From contig NC_081397.1 of the NCBI RefSeq assembly GCF_030684315.1, positions 11,804,421 through 11,868,420 of the forward strand: 64,000 nt of DNA, read 5' to 3'. Origin of the DNA: Stegostoma tigrinum (lineage: Eukaryota). The number at the start of each line of letters is the position of its first letter. The first letter of the stretch is position 1. Below are positions 37,712 to 50,471 of the stretch, piece after piece. The notes under the pieces are model-generated. The model had not been told where the DNA came from, did no database searches, and was given only the letters and a program-made list of their open reading frames with translations. The position numbers and the translations under genes are program-made.

Positions 37712-38210
37712 CTGGAGGAAGACAGAAGAGTTATCTCCTGTAAATCAACATCAGCCAAATTTGACAATATCAATCAGATTAACATATATTCAGTGAACAG
37801 TCATTAGGGCGTTTCATTTCTTGAACTTGACCTCCCAAAGCAACAGAACTCCAAAAGCTTAATGATTTTAAGTAGTCCTGATGGACCACAACATAGAATT
37901 CTCTTGACACAGTCTTTTCTTTAAAGGAATCAATTCAAACACAAGTCTGATTCCATTCTTACATCGAGCTGCTCCTTGTCTGAGGAATTTTAAAATATGT
38001 AATTCAATACCAACGGAGTGAGATACAGAAACTGAGCAATAATTGCACAGCTCCATCTAAGGTGCGACCTGAAGATGCTACACTGTTGACACAGCTCGTG
38101 TTACCAGATCCCAACACACTGACTGTTGAAAAGAACAGGAGCCGCGATTTCAAGTGTGTTTTCCCACCTCCCCCCGAGACGTATAATCTGTTAACTCCAA
38201 TCTACGTCCT

Positions 38211-38695
38211 TCACAGGAACCCCCCACAACTGGCAGCTAACAGCGTGAAACACCAAACAATGCATTTCCATCCCAGTTTAGAGGATGAAAGCCACAAGAC
38301 TAACCCCCCAGCAACTTCTTGCCGTTGTGTCTCCCTCCGCAGGCCCACACACTGCCCGAGAAAGGCCTCTCTCTCCCCACCCACAGGCCGCTCACTCCAA
38401 GTTCCGGGATCAGTTCCTGCTCCGCTCCGCATCGTAACAACAGCCCCCGGTTCTCCCTGAACGGAGCCCCCTCTGTGTCCCAGACTCACATCTCGATGCG
38501 CTGCTGGAAGGAGCCTGCTGTTCCCTCGCTTCCCTGGGCGCTGGTCTCTCCATTGCGGCCTGTTTCAAACAAACCTCTTCCACTCACTGAGTCAATGCTC
38601 CTCAATGGCAGCGCTGCGGGTGGGCCTCACGCATGCGCTTCTCTCGTCGGTTGCCGGCGTCATTGGTTTGGGAGGCAGGAACGCGCATGCGCTGC
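38211..38695 (-). other. Copy C of promoter/first-exon module (ATG 38553 to donor 38490)
   Basis: Two GCGCATGCGY sites (38629-38638, 38683-38692); 64-nt ATG-to-GTGAGT segment. Confidence 0.6.
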
Positions 38696-39280
38696 TAACA
38701 TCAATTTGTTTCAAACCGATTTTGCCCAGAGCGCGGACAGAACACGGGATCATTGCCTGATCTGTCTGGAACAGGCAGGAGGGAAGCGCGGAGTTTGAGA
38801 CAGTCCAGGCAAACTGATCAACCGGCCGTGGAACCGTGGTTCATCAATCTTATCAAACACGCCGAATTAAACTTCTTCAAAGCGATTAATTGCAAAATCC
38901 CCTTTTTTCGGGACATGTTTATTTCGCCCAGATTGTAAGCATTCCGAACACAATTTGTAATTACTGCCTGAAATGTCTTTCGCAGGTAAATGGGAGGAAT
39001 ACACCATTAAAACATCGCCAGTGGTCCTGTCATCAAAATTAAACAAGTTAACATTCCTGGAAGGGTTAATGAGATGCATATACTGCATTATGTAAGATTT
39101 GTGTCTGGGCAGAATTACAAGTCGCGGTATGAAATAGCCAGATGCAGTTCCAGTGACCCTCCCCATGTGATACTTTCCCCATTCTCAGTCTCTGCTCTCG
39201 GAAATGTGATATTTAAGTTACTCGAATCAATTCAAGTTTATGCTGTGTCTGCACTCGGAACCGGGACAGGCATCATTCGA

Positions 39281-39462
39281 GACACAGACGGAATTACAGA
39301 TGCTGGACAATCTGAAATAACAAGGGGTAGAGTCGGATGGACAGAGCAAGCCGAGCAGCACCAGAGAAGCAGGAAGAAGGATCTGGGCCCGAAACGTCAG
39401 CTTTCCTGCTCCTCTGATGCTGCTTGGCCTGTTATGGTCATCCAGCTCTACACCATGTTATC
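39281..39462. mobile_element. Fold-back PLE-terminus-derived element
   Basis: Flanked by acagg(c/g)atcattcga duplications; halves are reverse complements. Confidence 0.7.
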
Positions 39463-39510
39463 ACAGGGATCATTCGATCCAGGCTCAGCTCCTTCCTGAG
39501 AGATGTGGGC

Positions 39511-39526
39511 GGCTCTGAGAAGAGCC
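39511..39526 (-). terminator. Histone 3' stem-loop (H1)
   Basis: Reverse complement ggctcttctcagagcc. Confidence 0.93.
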
Positions 39527-39562
39527 TTTGGATTCAGGTTGTTACATGTTACACCGAATGCT

Positions 39563-40201
39563 TCATTTCTTTGCTGCTTTCTTGGTCACTTTCGCTTTGG
39601 GCTTGGCCTTCGGTTTCCTCGATTTCGGGGCCGGCTTTGCGGCCTTGGGGCTCTTGGTCTTTATCACCTTCTTCACGGGAGTCTTTTTCTTCGGCGCTGC
39701 TTTCTTCGCCGCTTTCTTTGGCGTTGCTGCCTTCTTGCCGCCCGCTTTCTTGCCTGTTGCTTTCTTGGCTGGGGACTTCTTCGCTGCCACCTTCTTGGCC
39801 GTTGTTTTCTTCACGGCTGCTTTCTTGGCGGCTGCTGCTGGTCTCGCCTTCTTTCCCACTTTTGCCTTGACTGGATTCTTTGCGAGTTTGAAGGAGCCGG
39901 AGACGCCCTGGCCCTTCACCAGAACCAGGGAGCCTTTCGCCAGGCACCTCTTGGCAGCCATCCTGATCTGTGCATTTTGCTTCTCCACATTGACCCCGCT
40001 TCTCTGCAGCGCCTTCTTTATAGCGACCAGAGACGTCCCCTTCCGATCGCTGTTCTGCCCGACAATCTTCACAATCCGCTCGCCCAACCCGGGACCGGCT
40101 GGTTTCTTCCTGGGAGCCGCCGCCGCCTTCTTCTTGGGAGACTTGGGTTTGGTGCTGGCGGAGGCTGGAGGAGCCGTTTCGGCGGCTGCACTGTCGCTCA
40201 T
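39563..40201 (-). CDS. H1: Linker histone H1 (212 aa)
   Basis: Globular domain (RKGTSLVAIKKAL...LVLVKGQGVSGSFKL) with K/A/P-rich tails and S/TPKK motifs; stem-loop downstream. Confidence 0.96.
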   Translation of the reverse strand: MSDSAAAETAPPASASTKPKSPKKKAAAAPRKKPAGPGLGERIVKIVGQNSDRKGTSLVAIKKALQRSGVNVEKQNAQIRMAAKRCLAKGSLVLVKGQGVSGSFKLAKNPVKAKVGKKARPAAAAKKAAVKKTTAKKVAAKKSPAKKATGKKAGGKKAATPKKAAKKAAPKKKTPVKKVIKTKSPKAAKPAPKSRKPKAKPKAKVTKKAAKK

Positions 40202-40347
40202 GTCGGGAACTCGGCGCTGAATCTCTCTCTGTCAAACTGAACTGGGTCAGCAATGAAGCTGCTGGTGGCGGCACTGAGCAACTAAAAGGCAGCGAGCGGA
40301 CGGCGCGGAGACAACCTGCCCTCAGCTCCCTGCTCCTGCTGCCTGTC

Positions 40348-40354
40348 TGTGTTT
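40348..40354 (-). promoter_or_regulatory. H1 AC box (AAACACA)
   Basis: tgtgttt about 150 bp upstream of the H1 ATG. Confidence 0.55.
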
Positions 40355-41169
40355 CTCTCTCGGCAGAAACTCTCCAATTCCTCTGCAATTCCGCATCTCC
40401 AGAGAGCCAGGCTCGATCGTTCCTGACCCTGACACAGGAAGGTTTGCGGCTGAAAGGTTTTCACTCGAATTGACGGCTCCGTAGTCGATTTTACCGCATT
40501 TTGCTGCTGCACTGATCGCGCTCTCTGAGCTGAGCGCTGGCATTGTCATCATTTTTAGACTGAAATCTTGAAATCAACAAATATATTGCCTTGAAGTCTA
40601 TCTTTAAGGTTTAGTGGAGGAGCAGGGGGATGATTTGAAATGAAAATCTTTTTGATTTGCACAAGAGCGACGCGGAAATATCATGATATGAGCGGACACA
40701 CAAGCACATTTACGTGTGAATAACCCGCCCGCCCTTTTCCTACAGTCTCTCTGACTCAATATTCACATCCATACAGTCACAGGCCAGAAATATCTCTAAA
40801 TGTACCTGCGGGAGGATGTACTTTCTCCCCCTTTTAGCCTTTGCTCCGGTACCCAGGGAACTTTTTGTAGTTTTTTTCTCCTCAGTCATTGTGAAACTCT
40901 CCGAGGTCTGTGCGCCGGAGATTCGCTCTCCTGCATATTCAGCTGCAAGAACCACTCATCTGGTTTGAAGTTACATTGATCACTGAGATCAGTTTTTTTT
41001 TCAATTGCAGTGACAATACTCAACATCGTTTCTGGGAATCACACTCATAGAAACGTAAAGAATAGCAACTGGGCAAATAACACCCATCAGCCCTTCAAAC
41101 CTCTCCTCCCACTCACCATGAAAATGGCAGATCATCCAACGCAATGGTCTGTCTCTGTTTTTTTCTCTC

Positions 41170-41760
41170 ATACAGAGTCATACAGTGAGGATACAGACCC
41201 TTCAGTCCAATCAGTAGATGCCGAGTATAATACCAAATTGAATTAGTTCCATCTACCTGTCCCTGACCTATTTCTTTTCAAAATTGTCGTGTTTATGCAC
41301 TTCTCCAAATGTCGTTTTAATGTAATTATAGCCACGTAGGCCATTTCGACAGCTCGTTTATTCCACATTCTTCCGTGTTCTATGTTTAAAAAACGCCCCT
41401 CGTGTCTTTTCATTTAAATCTCTCGCCTGTAACATTTAAGTGTCCGCCCTGGTTTTCTATTCCCTCCATCCCAAGCAAAGTTCAACGACCATTAACTCTG
41501 TCTCACTCCATCAGTATTTTACAAACTTTGAGAAGGTGACTTCTCAACATCCTACTCTCCAGTGAAAAAAAGTCCCAGCCTATCCATGAAAACACGGTGT
41601 GGAAATGAATGAACACAGCAGGTCAAGCAGCATCTTAGGCACAGGAAAGCTGACGTTTTGGATCTTGACACCTATCCATCCTTTCTATATGACTCGAGCC
41701 TTACATACTCTGCAAATACTAGTGAATCTCTTCTCAAATTTCAAAAACGGTGTTAAATAG
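41170..41760 (-). mobile_element. Old CR1 3' fragment with a PLE-terminus insertion
   Basis: catacagagtcatacag tail; ctccagtgaaaaaaagtcccagccta. Confidence 0.55.
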
Positions 41761-42524
41761 CCATCTAAAATGACAGTTTTGTAGAAAGACCACCATCCAT
41801 CCTGACGAATATATCCATTTAAAAGGGCTTGGGCAGCTGATGTGGAGGAACACCACCTTGATACGTTCCCCTCCAATCACCCACAATCCTAACTTGGAAA
41901 TACGTCCCCTTGCCTTCACTGTCTCTGAATCAAGACCCTGGAACTACCTGCGAACTGCAATGTGGGCAGCACATGGACCAGAACTATTTTAGAAGGTGGC
42001 TCAGCACCAACTTCAAATTGGGGGCAACTAGGGGCCCGCAATAAATGCTGGACAAAGGCAGAGACGTCCTCTTCCCAGGAATGCGCAAACAAGAAAAAAC
42101 AGCTGGGTCATTCGTTGCGGGAACCCATTCATCACAAGTTTTCTGCCTGCAGCATACTGAGAATAAAATCAGTCATCAATTCCAAACTGGTATTTGCATC
42201 GGGCCCAGGGATATTATTACTCACCCCTGGTCCGGGTGTGGCTTTAGCACGGCCCACCTGACCCAGAAATAGGGAAACTACCTCTGCGCTGCAAGACACC
42301 CCACAGCAGTTCCATTCTGCCTTCGTCATAATGTCGCATTTATTCCATCGCTCTGTGTTACCTTGACAGAGTCAATATGGGACGAAGGCCAGCAGAATTA
42401 AATATCACAGTTAACATGAGATCAGGCGTGATTTTATTGAATAGTAGAGAATATTAAATGGGCCGAACGGCTGCCAGCTTCTCCGCTTCCCCACCAGATT
42501 GTGAGAAAGCCGGGGGGAGGCAGA

Positions 42525-43190
42525 TATTAACATGACCCGGGAAAGAGCTCCATTGGAGCTTCACAAAGGGCCAATGCCCCAGTTTGAAACATTTTATGCC
42601 ATTCCCCCCACAGCCTCCATTCGCTTTGCTTAAACTGGGAGGAAAGGGAATTGGGGAAGTAACCAATTGATGTTTGTTTCTGGGACTCAGCGGGGAAAGC
42701 AGCGCATGCGTGATCCTTGCCATCCCCAAACCCCAAAAAGCTGCTTGTTGCTGACCAGAGGAGCGCATGCGTGAAGTTCTCCGTTGACCTGCCTTTGAGT
42801 GGCATTGACTCATTGAGTGGAAGAGGTTTGTTTGAAACAGGCCGCAATGGAGAGACCAGCGCCCAGGGAAGCGAGGGAACAGCAGGCTCCTTCCAGCAGC
42901 TCATCGAGATGTGAGTCTGGGACACAGAGGGGGCTCCGAGACTGGCATTGATTCGGGCTCAGTTCAGGGAGAACCGTGGGCTGTTGGTAAGAGGCGGAGC
43001 AGGAACTGGTCCCGGAACTTGGAGTGAGCGGCCTGGGGGCGGGGAGAGAGAGGCCTTTCTCGGGCTGTGTGTGGGCCTGCTGAGGGAGACGCAGCGGCAA
43101 GAAGCTGCTGCTGGGGGTCAGGCTTGTAGCTTTTAGTCTTCTAAACACTGATGGAAATTCATTGTTTGGCTGCTGTTTCACGCTGTTAGT
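42525..43190 (+). other. Copy D of promoter/first-exon module (ATG 42847 to donor 42910)
   Basis: GCGCATGCGT at 42702 and 42763; gccgcaATGGAG...GAGAT|GTGAGT. Confidence 0.6.
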
Positions 43191-43607
43191 TGCGAGTTTG
43201 CATTGAACCGTGAATAAAACAAAGCAGTGTGTGCAAACGGGCTCATCCCGCGAAGGAGAAACATAGCAGTCACCGGATTAAGAGTTTCCAGCAAAATATT
43301 TGAAATCGTGCCTGTTGTGCTTCCCTTCAATAGTTCGTGTATTGGGAGCTGGATATTGAACCGTGTAAGCATTCCATTCGTGGATCTGGTTAGTTTTTGT
43401 ATCTTAGTAAATTGTTTTAGAATTTCGCTAAAAGAAAGAGGAGGAACCCGGGTTAGTTGTGTAACCCGACCCTTTTCTGTTCGACTCGTTGGCTTTAAAA
43501 CAAGGAATTATCATGAGTATTCACGAAATTTTCTATTGATGAGCTTTGATATTTTGAAACTCGGTGGATGTCGATTTACGGGAGAATTCTCTTTTGCCTT
43601 TCTCCAG

Positions 43608-43688
43608 GCAATTATCTGATGTGCCAAGACAATGTCACGTTTCCGTGGTGCAACACCAAGTGTGACTAGCTGCTCCTACTAACAGCAG
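43608..43688 (+). other. Copy of putative exon 2 (81 nt), with an in-frame TAG
   Basis: cttttgcctttctccAG acceptor; CAG|GTATGT donor. Confidence 0.55.
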
Positions 43689-44009
43689 GTATGTTCCCAC
43701 TGTCAGAGCGGAGACTGTCCTTTCCACAGTCGCGGTTTAAGTAAGACTCGCATTGAACGCAATTTCCAGAAAGCAACAATCAAACCAGCAATCAAATGCC
43801 ACCAAATAAATACAAATGTAACCTTTTTTTCTCTTCTCAATATAAACTAGCCCAGTTCCAGTCAAGTTTATCTTTGACAGCCCATTGTCATTCACAGCAT
43901 TTGAAGAGAATAGATTGAATTTATGTCACAAATATACTCTCAATAACTACATTGAATTCACATTAAGCGAGGGTATTTTTATAGTTATAATCCAGGTATA
44001 CAACCTGAT

Positions 44010-44530
44010 CACAAGGTTTAGAGCTGGATGAACACAACAGGCCAAGCAGCATCATAGGAGCAGGAAAGCTGATGTTTCTGATGAAAAGTTTAGGCCCAAA
44101 ATGTCAGCTTTCCTGCCCCTGAGATGCTGCTTGGCCTGCTGTCTTCATCCAGCTCCACACCTTGTTATCTCGGATTCTCCAGCATCTGCAGTTCCATTTA
44201 AGTCTGATACAAACAGATCAAGTTGTTACAATGACCATTATATGGAGTAGGTATTGAGTACAAATATGGAAGGAAACTTTTGATGTTGATCAGTGACTGA
44301 GGACAGAAATAGTAAACAAAAACAGAATTTTCTGGAAAAGCTCAGCAGGCCTGGCAGCATGCGTGAAGAGAAATCAGAATTAATGTTTCGGATCCAGTGA
44401 CCTTTGCGCAGAACTGAGGAAGTGTTTGAAAAGTTAACCATGATTTCTCTTCACGTGCTGCCAGACCTGCTTTGCGTTTCCTGCAAATTCCATGTTTGTT
44501 TCTGACTTGCAGCACCTGAAGTTTTTTGAG
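44010..44530. mobile_element. Two fold-back PLE-derived elements (44010-44206, 44310-44530)
   Basis: Each consists of inverted halves of a PLE terminal repeat. Confidence 0.7.
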
Positions 44531-45344
44531 TTTTTATTTAGGACTAAAATTATCTTTTGATGAATAATGTCCCATACAAAGACACAGAAATTAAATAATG
44601 TGAATTGCAAATGCACTTTCTCTGCCAAAGCCTGACAAGTAGAGAATGCAGCATGGTCTGTCAGATACAGAATAAAATTCTCCAAATAAATAAATGAAAA
44701 AAAAATTCAATATCCCAGTACAAAGTGAAACTAAGTATCTCAGTAAAACTGGAAACAACCTACACTGACTTACAAGGCCAGCTTTTTTAAAAGAAAAATA
44801 AGCTTGTCTGTCCATTTCTACATGATATCTTTACACTGACGCACTATCCAACACTTGGATTCATGAAAATGCCTCAGAAATACAGATCAAGTACATGTCA
44901 GAAGCAGGCCGTTCAGCCCATTGTACTTGCTCTAGAACATTTGTACTCTTCAACTGTTTCCACAGATTGTTGGGAATATGATCTGCTCTCCACCTCCTTA
45001 CCCCCTCAGACTGACAGAAAGCTCATAAACCGCAAATGGAAATGGGATTAAGGCTCTCTCTCTACACCCTCATAACTATTCTGTCAGATTGAAGCACAGT
45101 CACAGAATATCACTGGTGGCCAGAGAATAAAACTATTTTGATGCACAAGAGTAGAAATTGATTATTTTGGATTGAGAACTTCACTCTCTCAGTCACACAG
45201 CAAAAACTGGTATGTTTGCAACAATTACTCAACTCACAAATAGACATAACAGAAACAGAAAGGCATACGTTAATAGTTGCTCTTGTTCATGTTGCAGAAA
45301 CTGACAAGAAGAGAATGATAATAACACACACATTCTCATTGTTC

Positions 45345-46070
45345 AAAACAGGAGAGGGGTTCGACAGTGAATGGGAGGGCCATGGGAAGTGTTCCCCAAC
45401 AAAGACACCAAGGTGTTTGTGTGCGTAGTTCACTGAAAGTGGAGTCGCAAGTAGATAAGGTGGTGAAGCAAGTGTTTTCCTTCTTTGGTCAGTGTATTGA
45501 GAATAGGAGTTGAGATGTCATGTTGTGGCTGTACAGGAAATGTGCTTTTTTACTGCTTAAAGTTCTGGCCAACCTGCTGTCGGAAGGAAGTTGTTGAACT
45601 GGAGAGGGCGCAGTAAATATTTAGAGATGTTAGCTGGACTAGATGGTGTGAACTGTTTGGAGAGGGTGAACAGGTTCGGGCTTTCTACCCTGCAGCATCA
45701 GAGACTGAGGAGTGACCTTGTAGAGGTTTATAAAGTCATGAGGAGCATGGATAGGGTGAATAGCCATGGTCTCTTTTTCTCGGGTGGAGGAGCCCAAACC
45801 TTAAGGGCATAGGTTTACAGTGAGAGGGTCAATGTTAAAAGAGACCTGAGGGAGATTTCTTTAGTGCAGAGTGTGGGGCATGTCTGGAACAAGCTGACAG
45901 AGTACGCCTAGTGGAGGGTACAATGATAAGTTTTAAACACCATTGGATGGGTAGATGAACAGGTCGACATGAGAGGGATATGTGCAAAATGCAGGCAAAT
46001 GGGACGAGGTCAGATTGGGATGTTAATCTATTGCAGACCAGTTGGATGAAAGGGTCTGTTTCCATTCTGT
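45345..46070 (+). mobile_element. Old CR1 3' fragment
   Basis: RLRSDLVEVYKVMRSMDRVNS. Confidence 0.75.
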
Positions 46071-48269
46071 TTCACTCATGGACGCTGTGATGCTCGAGCT
46101 GATTCTGTACATAAATACAGATACTGCAAGGACAGTTCAGAGTCTGGGTATCCTGCAGTGAGTGTCTGGTCTCCTGCTTCCACAAATCCTGTCCAACATC
46201 TAATGTGATCAAGTCAGGAATGTGATGGTTTAGCCCCACTTACACGGATGAGTGCAGCTCCACAAACACACCAGAAGCAAGATACCATCCAGGAGAGAAA
46301 CACTTGATTGGCTCCACATCCGCAAACGTCCATTCCCTCAAATACCAATGCTCAAGCAGCAATGTGTACCTTCCAGAAGATGCACAGCTGGAATTCACCA
46401 ATGCTCCATAGACAGTGCCTTCCAAGCCCACGACCACTTCCATCTAGATACCACTGTGACACAGGGTGCCATCCAATACTTACGTGTTGCTTCAGTGAGA
46501 ATGTCCCATTTCTTTCATTTCTCTGTATGTTCTTTCAACATTGAATTAATATTTATGGGATAACGGTCAAGGTGAATGAATACGATAGTTAACAGCTCAC
46601 TTGGATCAGATATTGTCCTTGTACAGTGGAGCAAATTGAATGGGCCAAATTTTCAATCCACTTCTTTGATTCCCTGCAGGACTGAAACTCCAGACCTAGG
46701 ACAAAGACTCGGGGCAGGCAGAATTCAGGCCCATCGCAGTATTTCGTCAACCATTCACCGGATCATGCGGGGAGAGGGCCACAGCCACCCCTCTTGAAGA
46801 TGCAGTTACATCATTAATCTTTATCTCAGATTGGAAAGAGAGATTGATGACACTCTGATTCTCACAGTGGAATACACTATTATACGTTTTGTTACAGTGA
46901 TCCAATGCAACTGGATCACTGTGCCTTTCCCCTTATCCTATACAACCAATCCTTTGAAACTCCTAACTGAAGCTGGACCCTCTATTAGCCAGGCCAAGGT
47001 TCACCACAATGTCTGTTAAACATTATCAGACAGTGTAATCACCAGGCCATGGGATCTTTCCATACATCTATCAATTCGCTTTAAAAAGTTACTGGCCGTA
47101 CACCTTCAGTCATGCCCCAGAATCGCTTACCTATCAGGCTAGCTTGAATTCTGCTGTCAATTGTATTAATTTTGTGTCTCTATTAAATTCTGTTACTCCT
47201 CTTATTTTCCCACTGTCTGAATTATAATAAAACAGACAGTTGACTCCTACTAGGAGGCCAGGCCGCATCAGAGTAGCAAGAAAGTTGATGCTTCTGAAGA
47301 AGAATCCTGACCCACAACTTAAACTTTCCTGCACCTCTGATGCTGCCTGGCCTGCTGTGTTCCTCCAGCTCCACATTGTGTTATCTCTAACTGCAGCATT
47401 GGCAGGGCTTACTATTGCTGAGTTTATTCTTACAAGTTGCTATAAGATTCATGATATTAATTGTATTATAAAGTGAGTTATATGTAACGCTTTATGCATA
47501 CCCATACTCTTAGCTCTGTTATAGCTAATGAATTGTGAGCCATTTGCTTCTTACAGGATGCACCAGGCATTCCTTTAGTGACATAGGAAACCTTCTGGAG
47601 ACGAATTTAACTTTCATACCCATGTTTGAATCTTCTCCCCTGATGCTTTTAGTGATATTTGTATTTTATTTTATATATATAGATTTAGAATTACATTGAA
47701 ATCTATCTGAAGGATCTTTAACTGGAACCAATTTCTTAATATTGTGAATATTGCTGCAAGATGGAGTTATCTGCTGTTTTCATGATGAGCTAGGCCAGCT
47801 GTCTTTGGGATGATTGACACCCCTTGTCCTAACTAACTATATTCATCTAATGGGACAACATCCTTTCATTAAAGGGACTGAAATCAATTGCTTATCAATT
47901 TTAATGAACTTGTTTGATTCTGTAGATTTTTTTTATGAGCCATAATCCCATGAGTTCAACTGTTTGTTTATTGCAGAACTTACTGTCCCCTTCAATCTTT
48001 GTTGCAAACCTTCAAACTGTCTCCAACAAATCTTGCAGCTGTTGTTTGTGCAATGCTCCCTTTTGCCTCGGAATAACCTCTTCTCAAAAGTACCATTGTG
48101 TCTTTGTTAAATGCTGGAGCAGGCTTTTTTCATTCGTTCTGTTTAACCACGTGTCAGTCATATGCAGCAGGGCTAGAGGAACAGCTTAGCTGCCAGCCAT
48201 TCGGTGTCTCTTAGACTTGGGCAGCCCGAACATTGCTCATTCAATTCTGAGAGAGCTGGAGACAGGGAG

Positions 48270-48490
48270 TTATTAACATGACCTGGGAAAGAGCTCTATT
48301 ATCGCTCCACAAAGGGCCGATGCCTCAGCTTGAAGCATTATCTGCCCTTTTCCCCACAGCCGCAGTTGCTTTCTTCACAGTGGGAGAGAAGGGAATTAGG
48401 GAATGACCCATTGATGTTTGTTGTTGGGAATTATTGGGAAAAGCAGTCCATGCCATTGGTGGCCCTGCCCCAAATGCTGCTTGTTTGGCT
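48270..48490 (+). repeat. Decayed duplicate of the 42525-42760 promoter region (exon 1 missing)
   Basis: tattaacatgacc(t/c)gggaaagagctc...cacaaagggcc aligns between the two sites. Confidence 0.75.
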
Positions 48491-48997
48491 ACTGTTTCAC
48501 ACTGTTTATCGTCATTGTGCAAAGAATAGTGGAAACACAGGCAAGATGGTGGAAATATAAGAATCCTGTAAAGGACGCAGATTGGAGTCAACAGATTATA
48601 TGTCTCGAGCAAAAACATTCGAAATAGTGTCTGTTGTTCTTCTTTACAACAGTTAGTGTGTTGGGATCTGGTGACACAAACTGTGTCAATATTACAGCAT
48701 CCTCAGGTAGCACCTTTAGATGCAGCTGTGCAATTGTTCAGTTTCTGGACCTCGCTGAGTTAGACCTGTGTTTGAATTGATGGCTTCAAAGAAAAGGCAG
48801 AAGTCTCATGATTTGTGTTATAGTCCAATAGGTTTATTTTAAAATCTCAAGCTTTTGGAGCTCTGCTACATTGTCAGGTGAAGTTGAAGAAAAGAAACAT
48901 CCTAATAATTATCAACTGAATGTACGTTAATCTGTTTGAGATTGTCAAACTTGGCTGATGCTGATTTACAGAATGTTTCTCTTCTGTTTTCATCCAG

Positions 48998-49079
48998 GCA
49001 AATACATGAAGGACCAAGACAGTGTATCATTTCTTTGGTGCAAAGCCAAGTGTGAGCAGCTGCTTCTCACAAACAGCAG
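48998..49079 (+). other. Best-preserved copy of putative exon 2 (82 nt, open in the phase set by exon 1)
   Basis: ctcttctgttttcatccAG acceptor; CAG|GTATGT donor; reads (C)KYMKDQDSVSFLWCKAKCEQLLLTNS. Confidence 0.55.
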
Positions 49080-50471
49080 GTATGTTACCGCTGTCAGAAT
49101 GCATCATTTCGACAGGCAAAGAGCAGTTTGATTCAGAGACACGTTGAACTTAATTTCCAGAAAAATGCATTCAAGCCAACAGTCAAATACAAGCAACAAA
49201 ATACAAGTGGTTTGTTTTCTCTCTTTCCAATGCACACCTCCACAGTTGCTATAATTTTCTTCATTCATAGCCTCCTGACATTTATGACATTTTTGTGAAG
49301 TCACAGACTGAATCTTCATCTGAGACGGACACCGAGGAACTGCAGTAAATCTGCATTTAGTAAGCATGTTTTTCAAGTTACTGTCAAGGTGAAGAAATAG
49401 TTCATGCAGTTACACAGTTACTTCGCACAGTGTGAGTACAGATATGGAAGAAAACATTCACATTATCAGTAACTGATCAGGGCTGTGTCTATGTTTTGAC
49501 AAATTGATGTCCCAGGCATAGAGAGAAGAATGAAATAATGTGACTTCCAAATGTGTGACATAAAATGGTTACTGAGAGCACATAACATAAACTGCACAAG
49601 TGCGCACACACGCACACATACACACCCCCTACTGAGTGATTTACAATGTATTCCAAATACATACATGCACCGTTCCAACACACATTCCTCAACATCTAAT
49701 AGCCATGAAGACCATGTACACTTCAAGCCTCAGCACATGTAACACTAAAAATGATTTCTACTCTCAGATTTCAGGTCAGAGAGCTAGCCTTCTATGAAAG
49801 AGACAAACAGAACAAAAAGTGAGCTCAGTTCTCCAATCTCCATGCACTCCCTGTAGGATTTAACTACATGGTAATGGCCATGGTCATAAATTAAGTATCA
49901 ATTGTTTGCGACATCATCAAAAAAATTGTATGAATTTTTTGACATAATTACTTCCCATGAAGTAGTAGATTGAACAAGACATTCAATGTACCTCCAAATA
50001 TCTCACCGTGTCTTAGACTGAGAGAGGTAACTGAAGTTTTTTTTTCCTTTTGTACAAACTGGAGGAATTGCACATCAGGACAAGTGTCAGATTGAAACCT
50101 ATATTGCCATTGACTTTGTTTGTCCCACAAACAGGATAGCAGAACCCACTGCCGAATATAAAGTTTTAAATCTACCTGAAGGAAATTAAATATTGACCTG
50201 AAAACAGACAGAAAACAACATATATTCAAGCAGATACCAAGTTTTTTGACTTTCAATTAAGAATGATTCGTACAGCGAACTTGCAACAAAAATGTGCACA
50301 TTAAACTCAACACATTCAAACCAGAGACTGACCAATATTGGAATAAAACTTAAACTGTACCATAGAATGAATATTGTGGAACATACTCAAACTTTACAGG
50401 GCAGGATCTGACTGGCAGAAATGAGAAAATACACTCACAGCCATAGAGAAGAAAGTGACAATCACATATCA

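Noticed and set aside
39503-40388. Long antisense and alternative-frame ORFs over H1 and other histones
   Set aside because: Shadow ORFs caused by GC-rich, biased codon usage
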